Shown here one piece after another: positions 26,074 through 34,704 of a stretch of DNA of 37,330 nucleotides. A program made the position numbers and the translations under genes. The stretch comes from Candidatus Hydrogenedentota bacterium. Lineage in GTDB: Bacteria > Hydrogenedentota > Hydrogenedentia > Hydrogenedentales > SLHB01. The stretch spans positions 1 to 37,330 of the forward strand of contig BTVY01000056.1 in assembly GCA_045863335.1 (NCBI GenBank). The letters run 5' to 3'. The notes under the pieces are model-generated. The model was given only the letters and a program-made list of their open reading frames with translations, did no database searches and was not told where the DNA came from. The stretch's first letter is position 1. Every line of letters begins with the position of its first letter.

Positions 26074-26205
26074 ATGAAGCACATCAAGGCTTTGACGAAG
26101 GTTGATCCGAGAATGGCGCAGCTCAACACGAGCAAGTGCGACACCATTCTGAAGACGCCGGAAGAGAAAGACGCGAAGAAAGAGGAAAAGCAGCAGCCGG
26201 CCTAA
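26074..26205 (+). CDS. Small stand-alone peptide (43 aa) MKHIKALTKVDPRMAQLNTSKCDTILKTPEEKDAKKEEKQQPA
   Basis: Near-perfect SD AAAGGAGGTGA a few nt before the ATG at 26074; GC3-rich codons; followed by an intrinsic terminator. Confidence 0.75.
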   Translation: MKHIKALTKVDPRMAQLNTSKCDTILKTPEEKDAKKEEKQQPA

Positions 26206-26239
26206 CGCGCTTTTCCATTTTCTAAAGGTCTTTAGGATT

Positions 26240-26276
26240 GCGCCTCTCATGCAATTGGTGGGAGGCGTTTTCTTTT
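26240..26276 (+). terminator. Intrinsic terminator
   Basis: Stem GCGCCTCTCA / TGGGAGGCGT with a 9-nt loop, followed by a T-rich tail (TTTCTTTT). Confidence 0.75.
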
Positions 26277-26282
26277 GCCGGA

Positions 26283-27986
26283 TCAATCTCGCTCATCAAA
26301 CGACCAACCGGAAAACCGGGCCCCGCCGGTGCAGACGAATCCCATGCCCCCGATACGGTCGTTGTTGGTGTCGGACACGTAGCAGTCGGAGGATTCAACG
26401 AGGACGGTTCCGTCCACTTGGGATACTCGAATTCGTATTCGATCGGTAGCAACGATCCCTTCCAGTATCAACGCGTGACCCGGCTCGATTCCTTCGAATG
26501 CCTGCTGCCAGAGCGTCCGGCCTTCCAACGTATTCAGCGACACCTCGGAATCGGCAATGCGGAGCAAGAACCCGCGCTTCAGATCGGGATCGACCTGAAA
26601 GAGAAGCCCGAATTCACTTGCACCAGTTTCCGGCACGACGGAACTCGTCCAAACGCCTTTCGCCCCCTGGATGGACTCGTTCACAATACGAGCCGGCGAA
26701 TCGCCACCGTCCGCACGAAGGCCTGCATCGCCCCCTTCCCCGCTCTCCGACCACGCACCGGAAAGAACCTTCCAGCCTTCGAGCGCTGGTAATTCTGCGC
26801 TTGGCATTGTCGCGTCAGACAAAGACTGTTCGGAGATCTGAATGGGTCCGAATCGTGCGGTGCCCTTCCAAGTTTGCAATGCGGCGAGCGCTGCAGCACC
26901 GGGAGTATCGGCAGGCACGGGAAAAGGCGGACTTTCGGCAATAACCGTGGCGCCGTCTTCGGCGAGTAGTCGCGCGCGGGTTTGACCATTTCCGACGCGG
27001 GCTTCGAGGACGTAGGAAGTATCGTAGTGCCAGATGTTTTGCTCACTGGTCCACAGCGCTTCAACGGGAGACAAGGTATACAGCATCAACGCGCCGGCGC
27101 CGGGCGTACCGCCGAGCCACGCGCTGAAACCTTGCTCGGCAGACTCGTCGGTTCGGTATAAGAGCCCTGCACCGCCAGCGCGCGGATGCACGCGGACTTG
27201 GGTTCGCCAGATTCCTTCTGTTTGTGGATGGCCGAGATAGACGGCCGTCGTTCGCTCAATGTCTGCGGATTGCTTCAGGGTCGTGCGTTCTGGCGAGGAC
27301 CACATCCATTTGCCGTGACCGACGACGCGCCATTCAGACCCGGCATCGTTAACGAGCCGCAGGCGATTGGGTGCGTCGGGCACAATAGGGGACATGGGTT
27401 CGGCGGCAATTTCCCAGCCCTGAAACCGTGCGATGGCGCGATCCGTGTGGAATCCGAAATAGCGCTGCGACGAATCGTGTGCGGGAATCTCGAGCCAATC
27501 GCTTTGGGAAAGCAGTTCCGGTCCCTCCCAGCCGAACAGTTGCACCCGGACCCGGCCCGGCTCGCAGACGGCTTCGAGCAAATAGGGCGTGTACGAAACC
27601 CACTCCACCCAGGGATCTTCCCAGAGGACCGATCCGGCACTGTCGAGCAGAGCGAAACCGCGGCCTTCGTACTGGCCATCGAGCACGAGCAGGAGCCAGT
27701 CGGCTGGATTCTCGCTTCGGCCAATCCACATGCCCGCGCGATAGGCGGATGGAGTCATTTCGACCCAGGTGCGGTAACACGATCCCTCCGAGTCGGCGAC
27801 ATGCCGGAGGAGATCGGCCCTCACGTCGGGCACTCCCTGGCGAATAACGGATTTCGATGTGCCTACGTGGCGCCAATCGCCGTCACGCGCATCGCGCCAT
27901 TGGGAGTCGAGGGCGGACGATCCGGTAAGCAGGCAAAACACGAAGGCGCCCATCGCCCCTATCAGTAGACTTCTCATGACGCGCAT
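26283..27986 (-). CDS. Secreted protein with three tandem beta-sandwich (ConA/LamG/DUF1080-like) modules
   Basis: Signal peptide. A three-fold internal repeat LW.....(Y/L).LE........R..L...(D/E)G....(Q/E)S ... ARF.(G)W. The fold call is inference. Confidence 0.65.
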   Translation of the reverse strand: MRVMRSLLIGAMGAFVFCLLTGSSALDSQWRDARDGDWRHVGTSKSVIRQGVPDVRADLLRHVADSEGSCYRTWVEMTPSAYRAGMWIGRSENPADWLLLVLDGQYEGRGFALLDSAGSVLWEDPWVEWVSYTPYLLEAVCEPGRVRVQLFGWEGPELLSQSDWLEIPAHDSSQRYFGFHTDRAIARFQGWEIAAEPMSPIVPDAPNRLRLVNDAGSEWRVVGHGKWMWSSPERTTLKQSADIERTTAVYLGHPQTEGIWRTQVRVHPRAGGAGLLYRTDESAEQGFSAWLGGTPGAGALMLYTLSPVEALWTSEQNIWHYDTSYVLEARVGNGQTRARLLAEDGATVIAESPPFPVPADTPGAAALAALQTWKGTARFGPIQISEQSLSDATMPSAELPALEGWKVLSGAWSESGEGGDAGLRADGGDSPARIVNESIQGAKGVWTSSVVPETGASEFGLLFQVDPDLKRGFLLRIADSEVSLNTLEGRTLWQQAFEGIEPGHALILEGIVATDRIRIRVSQVDGTVLVESSDCYVSDTNNDRIGGMGFVCTGGARFSGWSFDERD

Positions 27987-27989
27987 TCC

Positions 27990-29171
27990 TCAGACTCCCG
28001 GATCGAACTGGGGAATGGCCAACTGCTCTCCCCCACGCTTCGAGGATTCGTGCGCGATAATGCCGGGGACGCAGTAGGCGAGCGATTCGTAGAGGTCGAT
28101 GGCGGGTTCGCGATCTTCGACGAGAGCCATGATGAACTCATTGGTGATGAAGGGGTGAGAGCGGCCGTGACCGCTGTCGTACCGCATGGCTTCGGGCACC
28201 ATATGCCAGTAGTCCGGGAGTGCCTCCTCCCCGCCGCCGGGTAACCTAAGCGCGAAGGGTTGGCCGCCGGAGTTGGGCATGTACAGGGCACCCTCGGTGC
28301 CGAACCATTGGGCCCGCTCGCCGTGGGCGTGGATGTGCCAACCCACGTTGCAGCGGAAAGGTCTGCCGGAGGTCGTTTCGAACATGCCCATCTCATTCCA
28401 GAAAGGGTTGCCATAGGCATTGTCGGAAAGCGCCGGGTGGTTATCGCCCCAGCCGATGGAGGAGACTTTGGTGAGCCGCTCCTTCGTTACGCCGACGAGG
28501 AATGCCGTGCAATGGGTGGGATACAGCATGGGCGCGAACCCGTAGCGCCAAGTGCGCTCGCCATTGAAGAACCAGAGCGTTTCGCGCTCGGCATCGTTCA
28601 TGGGGTGGTAGTACTCGGCCTCGGTGTAGATGAGATCGCCGAAGAGCCCGTCTTCGTATAGGCGGCGTGCGGTGATGGTCTCCCAACGGTAGAAGCTGGT
28701 CTCGGCGCTCATATAGCGGAGACCGGTGCGCTCCTTAACTTCCTTGATCTCCGCTGCCTCATCCAGCGTTAAACACGCGGGACACGCGGAGATCACATGT
28801 TTGCCTGCTTCCATGCAGGCGACCGTATGACGTGGATGATCGGGCGCTCCCGTAAAAAGCGCGACCGCCTCGATATCCGGATCCAGGATGAGTTTCTCCA
28901 GCGACTCGTAGGTCTTGTCGCACTGGTACGTCTGCATCAGGCGGTCCCGCCGCTCGGGAATGAGATCGCTGACCGCGGCCACTTCGCAGTTGGGATGCTG
29001 GTGCCAATGGAAGGAGCACCCGAATCTGCCCCCGACGACGCCCATGCGGACCTTGCGGTCGGAGGAAGGCGTCCAAGCCGGAGTATCGGCCACAGAACTC
29101 AACGAACTTGCGGTGAGGCCAAGAAAAGTGGCGCCTCCCATGGCCAGAAACGATCGTCGCGGAAAACTCAT
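27990..29171 (-). CDS. Tat-exported Gfo/Idh/MocA family oxidoreductase
   Basis: PRRSFLA Tat motif; V.MGVVGG.FG, AGKHV..A.P, YM.AET..Y, EAEYYH, PMLYPTH and GHG.SHP....EF. AAGGAG SD. Confidence 0.88.
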   Translation of the reverse strand: MSFPRRSFLAMGGATFLGLTASSLSSVADTPAWTPSSDRKVRMGVVGGRFGCSFHWHQHPNCEVAAVSDLIPERRDRLMQTYQCDKTYESLEKLILDPDIEAVALFTGAPDHPRHTVACMEAGKHVISACPACLTLDEAAEIKEVKERTGLRYMSAETSFYRWETITARRLYEDGLFGDLIYTEAEYYHPMNDAERETLWFFNGERTWRYGFAPMLYPTHCTAFLVGVTKERLTKVSSIGWGDNHPALSDNAYGNPFWNEMGMFETTSGRPFRCNVGWHIHAHGERAQWFGTEGALYMPNSGGQPFALRLPGGGEEALPDYWHMVPEAMRYDSGHGRSHPFITNEFIMALVEDREPAIDLYESLAYCVPGIIAHESSKRGGEQLAIPQFDPGV

Positions 29172-29370
29172 GGAACATCACTCCTTACACGCGATCTTGC
29201 CGTAGAAACATCTATGCGTGGATTAAAGCACAGGACTCGTAGCGGGGACAATGGCAAGAGTCGACATCAGGAATTGCAGTATGTTAACTTAATTAACCAA
29301 GAGTACTTCCAGATCGGATATCCAGTCTAGAACCCGGCAGTACCATGCGCCGCAGTTGGGAGGGGGTTGA

Positions 29371-31053
29371 GTGATGCTGCGATCTAACGTGACAGGCGGA
29401 GGCCGCCTCATGTTCGTCGTCGCATTCGTCGTGGCGGCAGGCCATGCCGAACTGCAGAACGTAACCGTCGGAGGAAAACTGGAAATCTACGGCGCGTGGT
29501 ATTCCGAGTTCTTTGAACCGAACGACGGCCAGATTCGGATACCGGACTTCTTTCTTCCGGGCCGCGCGATTGGTCCCAACGGGACCGCGTCCGTAATACG
29601 AACGGGTGAGTCGGGACATTCGCTGAGCTTTTTTGAACAACGGACTCGATTATATGTGGATGCCGATTTCACGAATCACGTGAGCGGGTTTATCGAGCTG
29701 GATTCGATCGACACCTGGGGCGAGGATTTTCGCAGCGACTATCTGACAGGTGCGGACTCGCGCGCGTTTTCCGGGGACGACGTGGAGTTGTATCAGGCGT
29801 ACATCGACGTGGACCAGATGTTCGGCCGGCCGCTTCATCTGCGGATTGGACGCCAGGAACTGGAGTTCGGCTCGGGCTGGCTGGTCGGGGCGGACCCTGG
29901 TCCAGATCCGTTCGTGGGGCTCTCCTTCGATGCCATTCGACTGGACTACATGCTCGGCAATGTCCTGGTCACGGGATGGTGGTCGAAGGTTGCCGAGCGC
30001 GGCATTCAGGAGCAGGACGGAGATACGGATTTCATGGGAGTCTATCTGACCCTTTCCGAGTCCGGCGGCGTCGCGCGGAGCGCTCCGCTTCGAGCCCACG
30101 AAACGGCCTTCCCAATTCACATGCTCTATCACACGATGCGGCATGGCCCCATGCGTGGCCGTGTGGCGGAACCATCCGAAGAGGTGAGATTTGATCTCTA
30201 CTGGATGCTTCTCCGTGATGCCGCATCCCGGAACGATACGAATTTCATCGCGCCGTTGGAGTGGTTGGAGGATGTGGTTGGTCTGGACAATTACGACGCG
30301 ACGTCGCTGCACACGGTCGGGGCGCGCGGCGCGGGCACACTCGGCGGACTTGATTGGGAACTCGAAGCGGCTTACCAGTGGGGCGATGCGGACGCGATGG
30401 GCGCATTATTTCTCCCGAACGGTCAGATTTACGGCGACGATAGCGCGTCATGGAACGCCTGGGGCGGGCACGCGGAGATTGGCTACACACTCGATGGGGA
30501 GCTTCAGATTCGACCGCACTTGGGCGCCGCGTATTATGGCGGTGAAGACAACCGCGACTTGAGTTTCCTGGAATGGATTAACCCCTTCTACCGTTCTGAA
30601 GCGAGCGTGTCGTTTAACCGTCTCTTCTCGTCGTGGCGGGAAGACGCCTTCATAGACGGCTCGGCCATGACAAATTTCTGGAAGGCGTATGCAGGTGTTT
30701 CGATGACGCCGACGGCGGCGCTGGAAGCGGGCGGTTCTATCGTCTACCTGGAAGCCCTCGAACCTTTCGACCGTCCGAAGACAGTTGGTTCAGGCAATTG
30801 GCGGCTTCCCCTGGCGCCCGCCTTGGCGTTCTGGACGGAAGAGGGGTCGCGCGAGCTGGGATGGCAGACCAATCTTTGGTTGGTCTACAACTACACGGAG
30901 AATCTGTCCTTCGAAGTCGGCTGGAGCCACTACTTCACGGGAGAGGGTGTGAAGGACGGCGCATTTATTGATGAGAACGGCTTGACGTTCATCGGTGGAC
31001 AGGATGACGCCGATGCCGACTACCTCTATTTCCTGACCACGCTGGAGTTCTAA
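29371..31053 (+). CDS. Alginate export (AlgE-like) family outer-membrane beta-barrel
   Basis: Signal peptide; EQRTRLYV.ADFT, LYQAYI, LRIGRQEL.FGSGWLVG, GLSFDAIR, LHTVG.R and E.AYQWG. C-terminal Phe BAM motif (YLYFLTTLEF). Confidence 0.85.
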   Translation: MMLRSNVTGGGRLMFVVAFVVAAGHAELQNVTVGGKLEIYGAWYSEFFEPNDGQIRIPDFFLPGRAIGPNGTASVIRTGESGHSLSFFEQRTRLYVDADFTNHVSGFIELDSIDTWGEDFRSDYLTGADSRAFSGDDVELYQAYIDVDQMFGRPLHLRIGRQELEFGSGWLVGADPGPDPFVGLSFDAIRLDYMLGNVLVTGWWSKVAERGIQEQDGDTDFMGVYLTLSESGGVARSAPLRAHETAFPIHMLYHTMRHGPMRGRVAEPSEEVRFDLYWMLLRDAASRNDTNFIAPLEWLEDVVGLDNYDATSLHTVGARGAGTLGGLDWELEAAYQWGDADAMGALFLPNGQIYGDDSASWNAWGGHAEIGYTLDGELQIRPHLGAAYYGGEDNRDLSFLEWINPFYRSEASVSFNRLFSSWREDAFIDGSAMTNFWKAYAGVSMTPTAALEAGGSIVYLEALEPFDRPKTVGSGNWRLPLAPALAFWTEEGSRELGWQTNLWLVYNYTENLSFEVGWSHYFTGEGVKDGAFIDENGLTFIGGQDDADADYLYFLTTLEF

Positions 31054-31119
31054 GCGTACATGAGTCGTTCGGATTGCTGCGCAGCGCCGCTCGCCGCAAG
31101 GCTGGGTTCTTCATTTCGT

Positions 31120-31512
31120 CTAGGCCGTGATCTGGACCCAGACTTTCCGGGTTCGGGGACCATCGAACTCGCAGAAGTAGATGGACTGCCAGGTGCCGAA
31201 CTGGAGGCTCCCGTTGCGAATGATGATCTGCTGGCTGAATCCCATCATGCTGGCTTTCACGTGGGCCGCGGAGTTGCCTTCGGCGTGGGCGTAGCCTCCC
31301 TCCCACGGCACGTTGCGATCGAGAATCATCTTCATATCGCGGACGACGTCGGGATCGGCGTTCTCGTTGATGGTGATCCCCGCGGTGGTGTGGGGCACGA
31401 AGACCGTGCATACGCCGTCGCGCACGCCGGACTCGGTCACCAGTTGCTGAACCTCATGGTCGATGTTGATGAACTGGCAGTGATCGCGGGTGGAGAGCGT
31501 GATTTCGCGCAT
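31120..31512 (-). CDS. yjbQ: YjbQ/UPF0047 (secondary thiamine-phosphate synthase) family protein
   Basis: FVPHTTAGITINENADPDV, H.EGNS.AH.KAS and GTWQ.IYFCEFDGPR.R. Confidence 0.95.
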   Translation of the reverse strand: MREITLSTRDHCQFINIDHEVQQLVTESGVRDGVCTVFVPHTTAGITINENADPDVVRDMKMILDRNVPWEGGYAHAEGNSAAHVKASMMGFSQQIIIRNGSLQFGTWQSIYFCEFDGPRTRKVWVQITA

Positions 31513-31606
31513 GGTGAAATTTCCTGGGTGTAATCATAGGGGCAAGCAGACAATAGTGTAGCATGAGCGGGAACCCAATCGGACCGCTCCGACAGACCAA
31601 CCTCAC

Positions 31607-33295
31607 TTAGTACTCCGCCTGGTTCAGGTTTCGCAAGCCGAGGCGCATGGGCAGCCAGGTGCTGATCGCGCTGAGTATCGTGATGAAAGCGACCGCCCCA
31701 GCGAGGGCAACCGCGAATGCCCGGGGACTGGTGAAGGCTTCCAGGGCGCGCCATTGCATGACGAAGGTTTGGGTGCCGACGACGAGGGTAATGTACCCCA
31801 TGCTCAACAGAAAGTTGAGGGTCCCCCCCATTCCGGAGACGATGCGGGCAGGATTGTCCTCCTGAAAGTTCGGGTAGAGGCTTCCCAGACCTATCGCAAG
31901 GCCTGACAATCCAAAATTCGTGATGATGATGCTGTAGACCGCGAGCGCGAAGTAGATGGCTTCGACCTCAAGCATGTAGCACGAAAGCACGACCAGGCTG
32001 ATGGTGAAGAGGGACGTGGTCGATACGCTGAGCCAGAACTTCTGCCAGATGAGTTGCCGGTACGTCAGCGGCGCGAGACCAAGGACCCAGAAACGCCGTC
32101 CCTCCAAACTGACGAGGGGGTAGACGAAGCGGCTCGTGAGAGTCGCGAGGATCAAGGTGCAGGCGCCGATATTCAGGCAGACGATCCAGTTGCGGTAGGT
32201 GGCGCTTTCAAAGGCGGCGGAACGGTCGCGCAGGCTCGCCACGTACACCGCCATGATGCCGAAGAAGATGACGAACTGGGACCATTGCGCCGGGTCGCGC
32301 CAGAAGAGGCGGACGTCTTTGATGACGAGCGCACGGTGCGGGTCGCGCAGGGAGCGAAACAGCACGTCGATGCGAGAAAGCCAACTGCGGCCGGGGGGCG
32401 ACTTGCGGTTCATGTCGTTGCCCGTGAGGTCGGACCAACCCGTGTAGTAGATCCATTGGGCGAGCATGGCAGATGCCAGAACGATCATGAGCGCGTTGGA
32501 CAACAGCACGAGAAAGTAAAAACCAGACTCGGTGAATTGTCCCTCGGCGGCTGACAAGATCCCCCGCGTGGCCCAGTGACTGGGGAGCAACCACGACTGC
32601 GTCTTGGACATGGCCTCGAGAATTCCGCTGAACCGGGGATCGGAGAGCCTCGCCGCGCTGAGGGTGGTGCGCAGGTAAAGGAACATCATAAACGTCGCGA
32701 TCAGTGCGGCGCCGATCATGCTGCCACGGGGCAGGCGCGGGAACACGCGCACGAGGAGCATGGCAATGCTGGCGCCGATGGCGGCGGGAATCGCGACAAA
32801 GGGGACGTAGAATGCGGCCGCGGCGATATAGAAGGGCCAGGGCGCGCTGTTGGTGATCCCATACGCGAGAATCAACGGCGAACCGAGGTACGCCGAAGCC
32901 CAGGAGCTGAAGGACACGCATTCCACGAAGCGCGCGAGATAGAACTCCCACCACGGCACGGGCGCGTGCAGGAGATAGGCAACTTCGCGCGACTTGTACA
33001 GGGTCGAAAAGGCGATCAGCACGTTCGAGAAAATCAGCATGAAGAAGAGCGCGAGTGCGAAGACGGACAGCAATCGCGACATGATGATGTCGCCCAGGCT
33101 GATGCTTCCGGGGTCTGCGCCAAAGCGTTTGAGCCAGTTGAAGGCGGCCCAGAAGGCGTAGTACGCCCCGATCCAAAGGAGAACCGCTGAAATCGAAACG
33201 ACGCCCACTTTGAGCTTGGACTCGTTGCGCACGGATGCGATGTGGTTCCGCGAGATGCGGAGCTTCGCCCAGAGCATCGCCTGGACGCGGGTCAT
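31607..33295 (-). CDS. ABC-2-type exporter permease (about 12-14 TM)
   Basis: True start is the ATG at 33295 (ATGA overlap with the ATPase). KD.RLFWRDP.QWSQ, RFVYP.VSLEG..FW....P and KFW motifs; multiple TM helices. Confidence 0.85.
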   Translation of the reverse strand: MTRVQAMLWAKLRISRNHIASVRNESKLKVGVVSISAVLLWIGAYYAFWAAFNWLKRFGADPGSISLGDIIMSRLLSVFALALFFMLIFSNVLIAFSTLYKSREVAYLLHAPVPWWEFYLARFVECVSFSSWASAYLGSPLILAYGITNSAPWPFYIAAAAFYVPFVAIPAAIGASIAMLLVRVFPRLPRGSMIGAALIATFMMFLYLRTTLSAARLSDPRFSGILEAMSKTQSWLLPSHWATRGILSAAEGQFTESGFYFLVLLSNALMIVLASAMLAQWIYYTGWSDLTGNDMNRKSPPGRSWLSRIDVLFRSLRDPHRALVIKDVRLFWRDPAQWSQFVIFFGIMAVYVASLRDRSAAFESATYRNWIVCLNIGACTLILATLTSRFVYPLVSLEGRRFWVLGLAPLTYRQLIWQKFWLSVSTTSLFTISLVVLSCYMLEVEAIYFALAVYSIIITNFGLSGLAIGLGSLYPNFQEDNPARIVSGMGGTLNFLLSMGYITLVVGTQTFVMQWRALEAFTSPRAFAVALAGAVAFITILSAISTWLPMRLGLRNLNQAEY

Positions 33296-34023
33296 GTGAG
33301 TTCGTCTCCCCGGGTCAGTTCGAGGAACACATCTTCGAGGGTCCCCGGGTTCTTCGACAAGGCCAGGATTTCCTTGAGCGTCCCGATGTGGAGGAGCCGG
33401 CCGTTGTAAATGATGCCGATGCGGTCGGCCACGTCTTCGATGACGCTCAGGGAATGGGTCGACATGAAGACCGTCACGCCTTCGCGGGTACGCTGCTTCA
33501 AGTAGTCTTTGACGAATCGGATGTTCTTGGGGTCGAGACCAACCCAGGGTTCGTCGACGACAACGATCCTGGGTTCGTGCAGGAAGCACGATGCGAAGGA
33601 GAGCTTCTGCCGCATGCCGTGGCTGTAGTTCTCGATAAGTTGATCGCCGACGTGGCGTATCTCGAAAAGCTCCAGCAGTTCTTCGGCGGCGCCATTCAGC
33701 GCGGACGGCGGCATTTGATAGAGGCCCGCAACGAACCGCATGAACTCGCGGCCGGTGAGCTTTTCGTAGAGGAAAGGCGTGTCCGGGATGTAGCCCAGGA
33801 GCGCCTTCGTCTTGACGGGGTCCTTCTGGATGTCGAGCCCGCCGAGAACCGCGCGGCCTTCGCTGGGCTTGATAAGTCCGGTCAGCATCTTGATGGTCGT
33901 GGTCTTCCCTGCCCCGTTGGGTCCGAGAAAACAAAAGAACTCGCCGGCGGCGATGTTCAAGTTCAGGGATTGAACCGCGGTCTTCGCGCCAAAACGTTTG
34001 GTAAGGTCGATGGTTTCAATCAT
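33292..34023 (-). CDS. ABC transporter ATP-binding protein
   Basis: Walker A GPNGAGKTT, signature YSHGMRQK, Walker B VVVDEP..GLDP, H-loop STH. Confidence 0.95.
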   Translation of the reverse strand: MIETIDLTKRFGAKTAVQSLNLNIAAGEFFCFLGPNGAGKTTTIKMLTGLIKPSEGRAVLGGLDIQKDPVKTKALLGYIPDTPFLYEKLTGREFMRFVAGLYQMPPSALNGAAEELLELFEIRHVGDQLIENYSHGMRQKLSFASCFLHEPRIVVVDEPWVGLDPKNIRFVKDYLKQRTREGVTVFMSTHSLSVIEDVADRIGIIYNGRLLHIGTLKEILALSKNPGTLEDVFLELTRGDELT

Positions 34024-34114
34024 GGCTCGTCCTGCACCGGATTAGTAGTCACCGGCCATGATTCTATGCTGTACGGTGCCCATTTTTCACTGTGAGCAGT
34101 ACTTGGCTTTCCAT

Positions 34115-34672
34115 TCACGCATGCTGGATTGTGTGCACCTCAAGAATTCGAAAAGGCCCCGGCTCACTGTTGTCGAATGCGCCTGATTCGAGCGCGCTTT
34201 TTGCCGTGTCAAAGGAATCGAAAAGACAGTGCGCATTTACGGCGATACGGTCCGCCAGGTAGTTGCAGCTTAGCGGCGAGCATTCCGGCGCTGTCTGGGT
34301 GCTGTAGGTAACAACATCGAATCCCAGACGTTTCGAGTGCATTGGTTCGACAACGTCAGTTTCGAATGCGGGGTCAGGACCAAATGCCCGCCAGGTCTTC
34401 TCATCCTCGACCCATTGCATGGGATAGATTCGATAGAAGCACAACGTCAGGCCATCAAGTGGAGTGGATTCCGTTTTGGCGATCGTCTCCATGATACTCG
34501 GCTGGTTAAAGAACCAGAATCCATTGTGCTTCCAGTGCGTGATGTAGTCGCAGAAATTCTCCGAGATGCAGCTACTGACCGAGCAAATGTCGCGGACATT
34601 CGCGCACGTTAATCCGTTTGGAAGGCTCACGCGTTTGTACATATAGCCAGCAGGAATCACTTCGATTACCAT
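34115..34672 (-). CDS. Conserved-looking hypothetical Cys-rich protein
   Basis: IPAGYM.KRV, SVSSCIS, WKHNG.WFF, GFDVV, ECSPLSCN and EPGP.RI. Start uncertain (34672 or 34708). Confidence 0.65.
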   Translation of the reverse strand: MVIEVIPAGYMYKRVSLPNGLTCANVRDICSVSSCISENFCDYITHWKHNGFWFFNQPSIMETIAKTESTPLDGLTLCFYRIYPMQWVEDEKTWRAFGPDPAFETDVVEPMHSKRLGFDVVTYSTQTAPECSPLSCNYLADRIAVNAHCLFDSFDTAKSALESGAFDNSEPGPFRILEVHTIQHA

Positions 34673-34704
34673 CCTACGACTCGAGAACTCGACACGACGT
34701 GCAC

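Noticed and set aside
25691-26147. 147-aa, 76-aa and 70-aa ORFs near the peptide gene, and the GTG start at 26020
   Set aside because: No SD or motifs; the strong SD points to the ATG at 26074.
33296-33934. N-terminal extension of the 775-aa permease ORF
   Set aside because: An alternative frame over the ABC ATPase; the real start is the coupled ATG at 33295.
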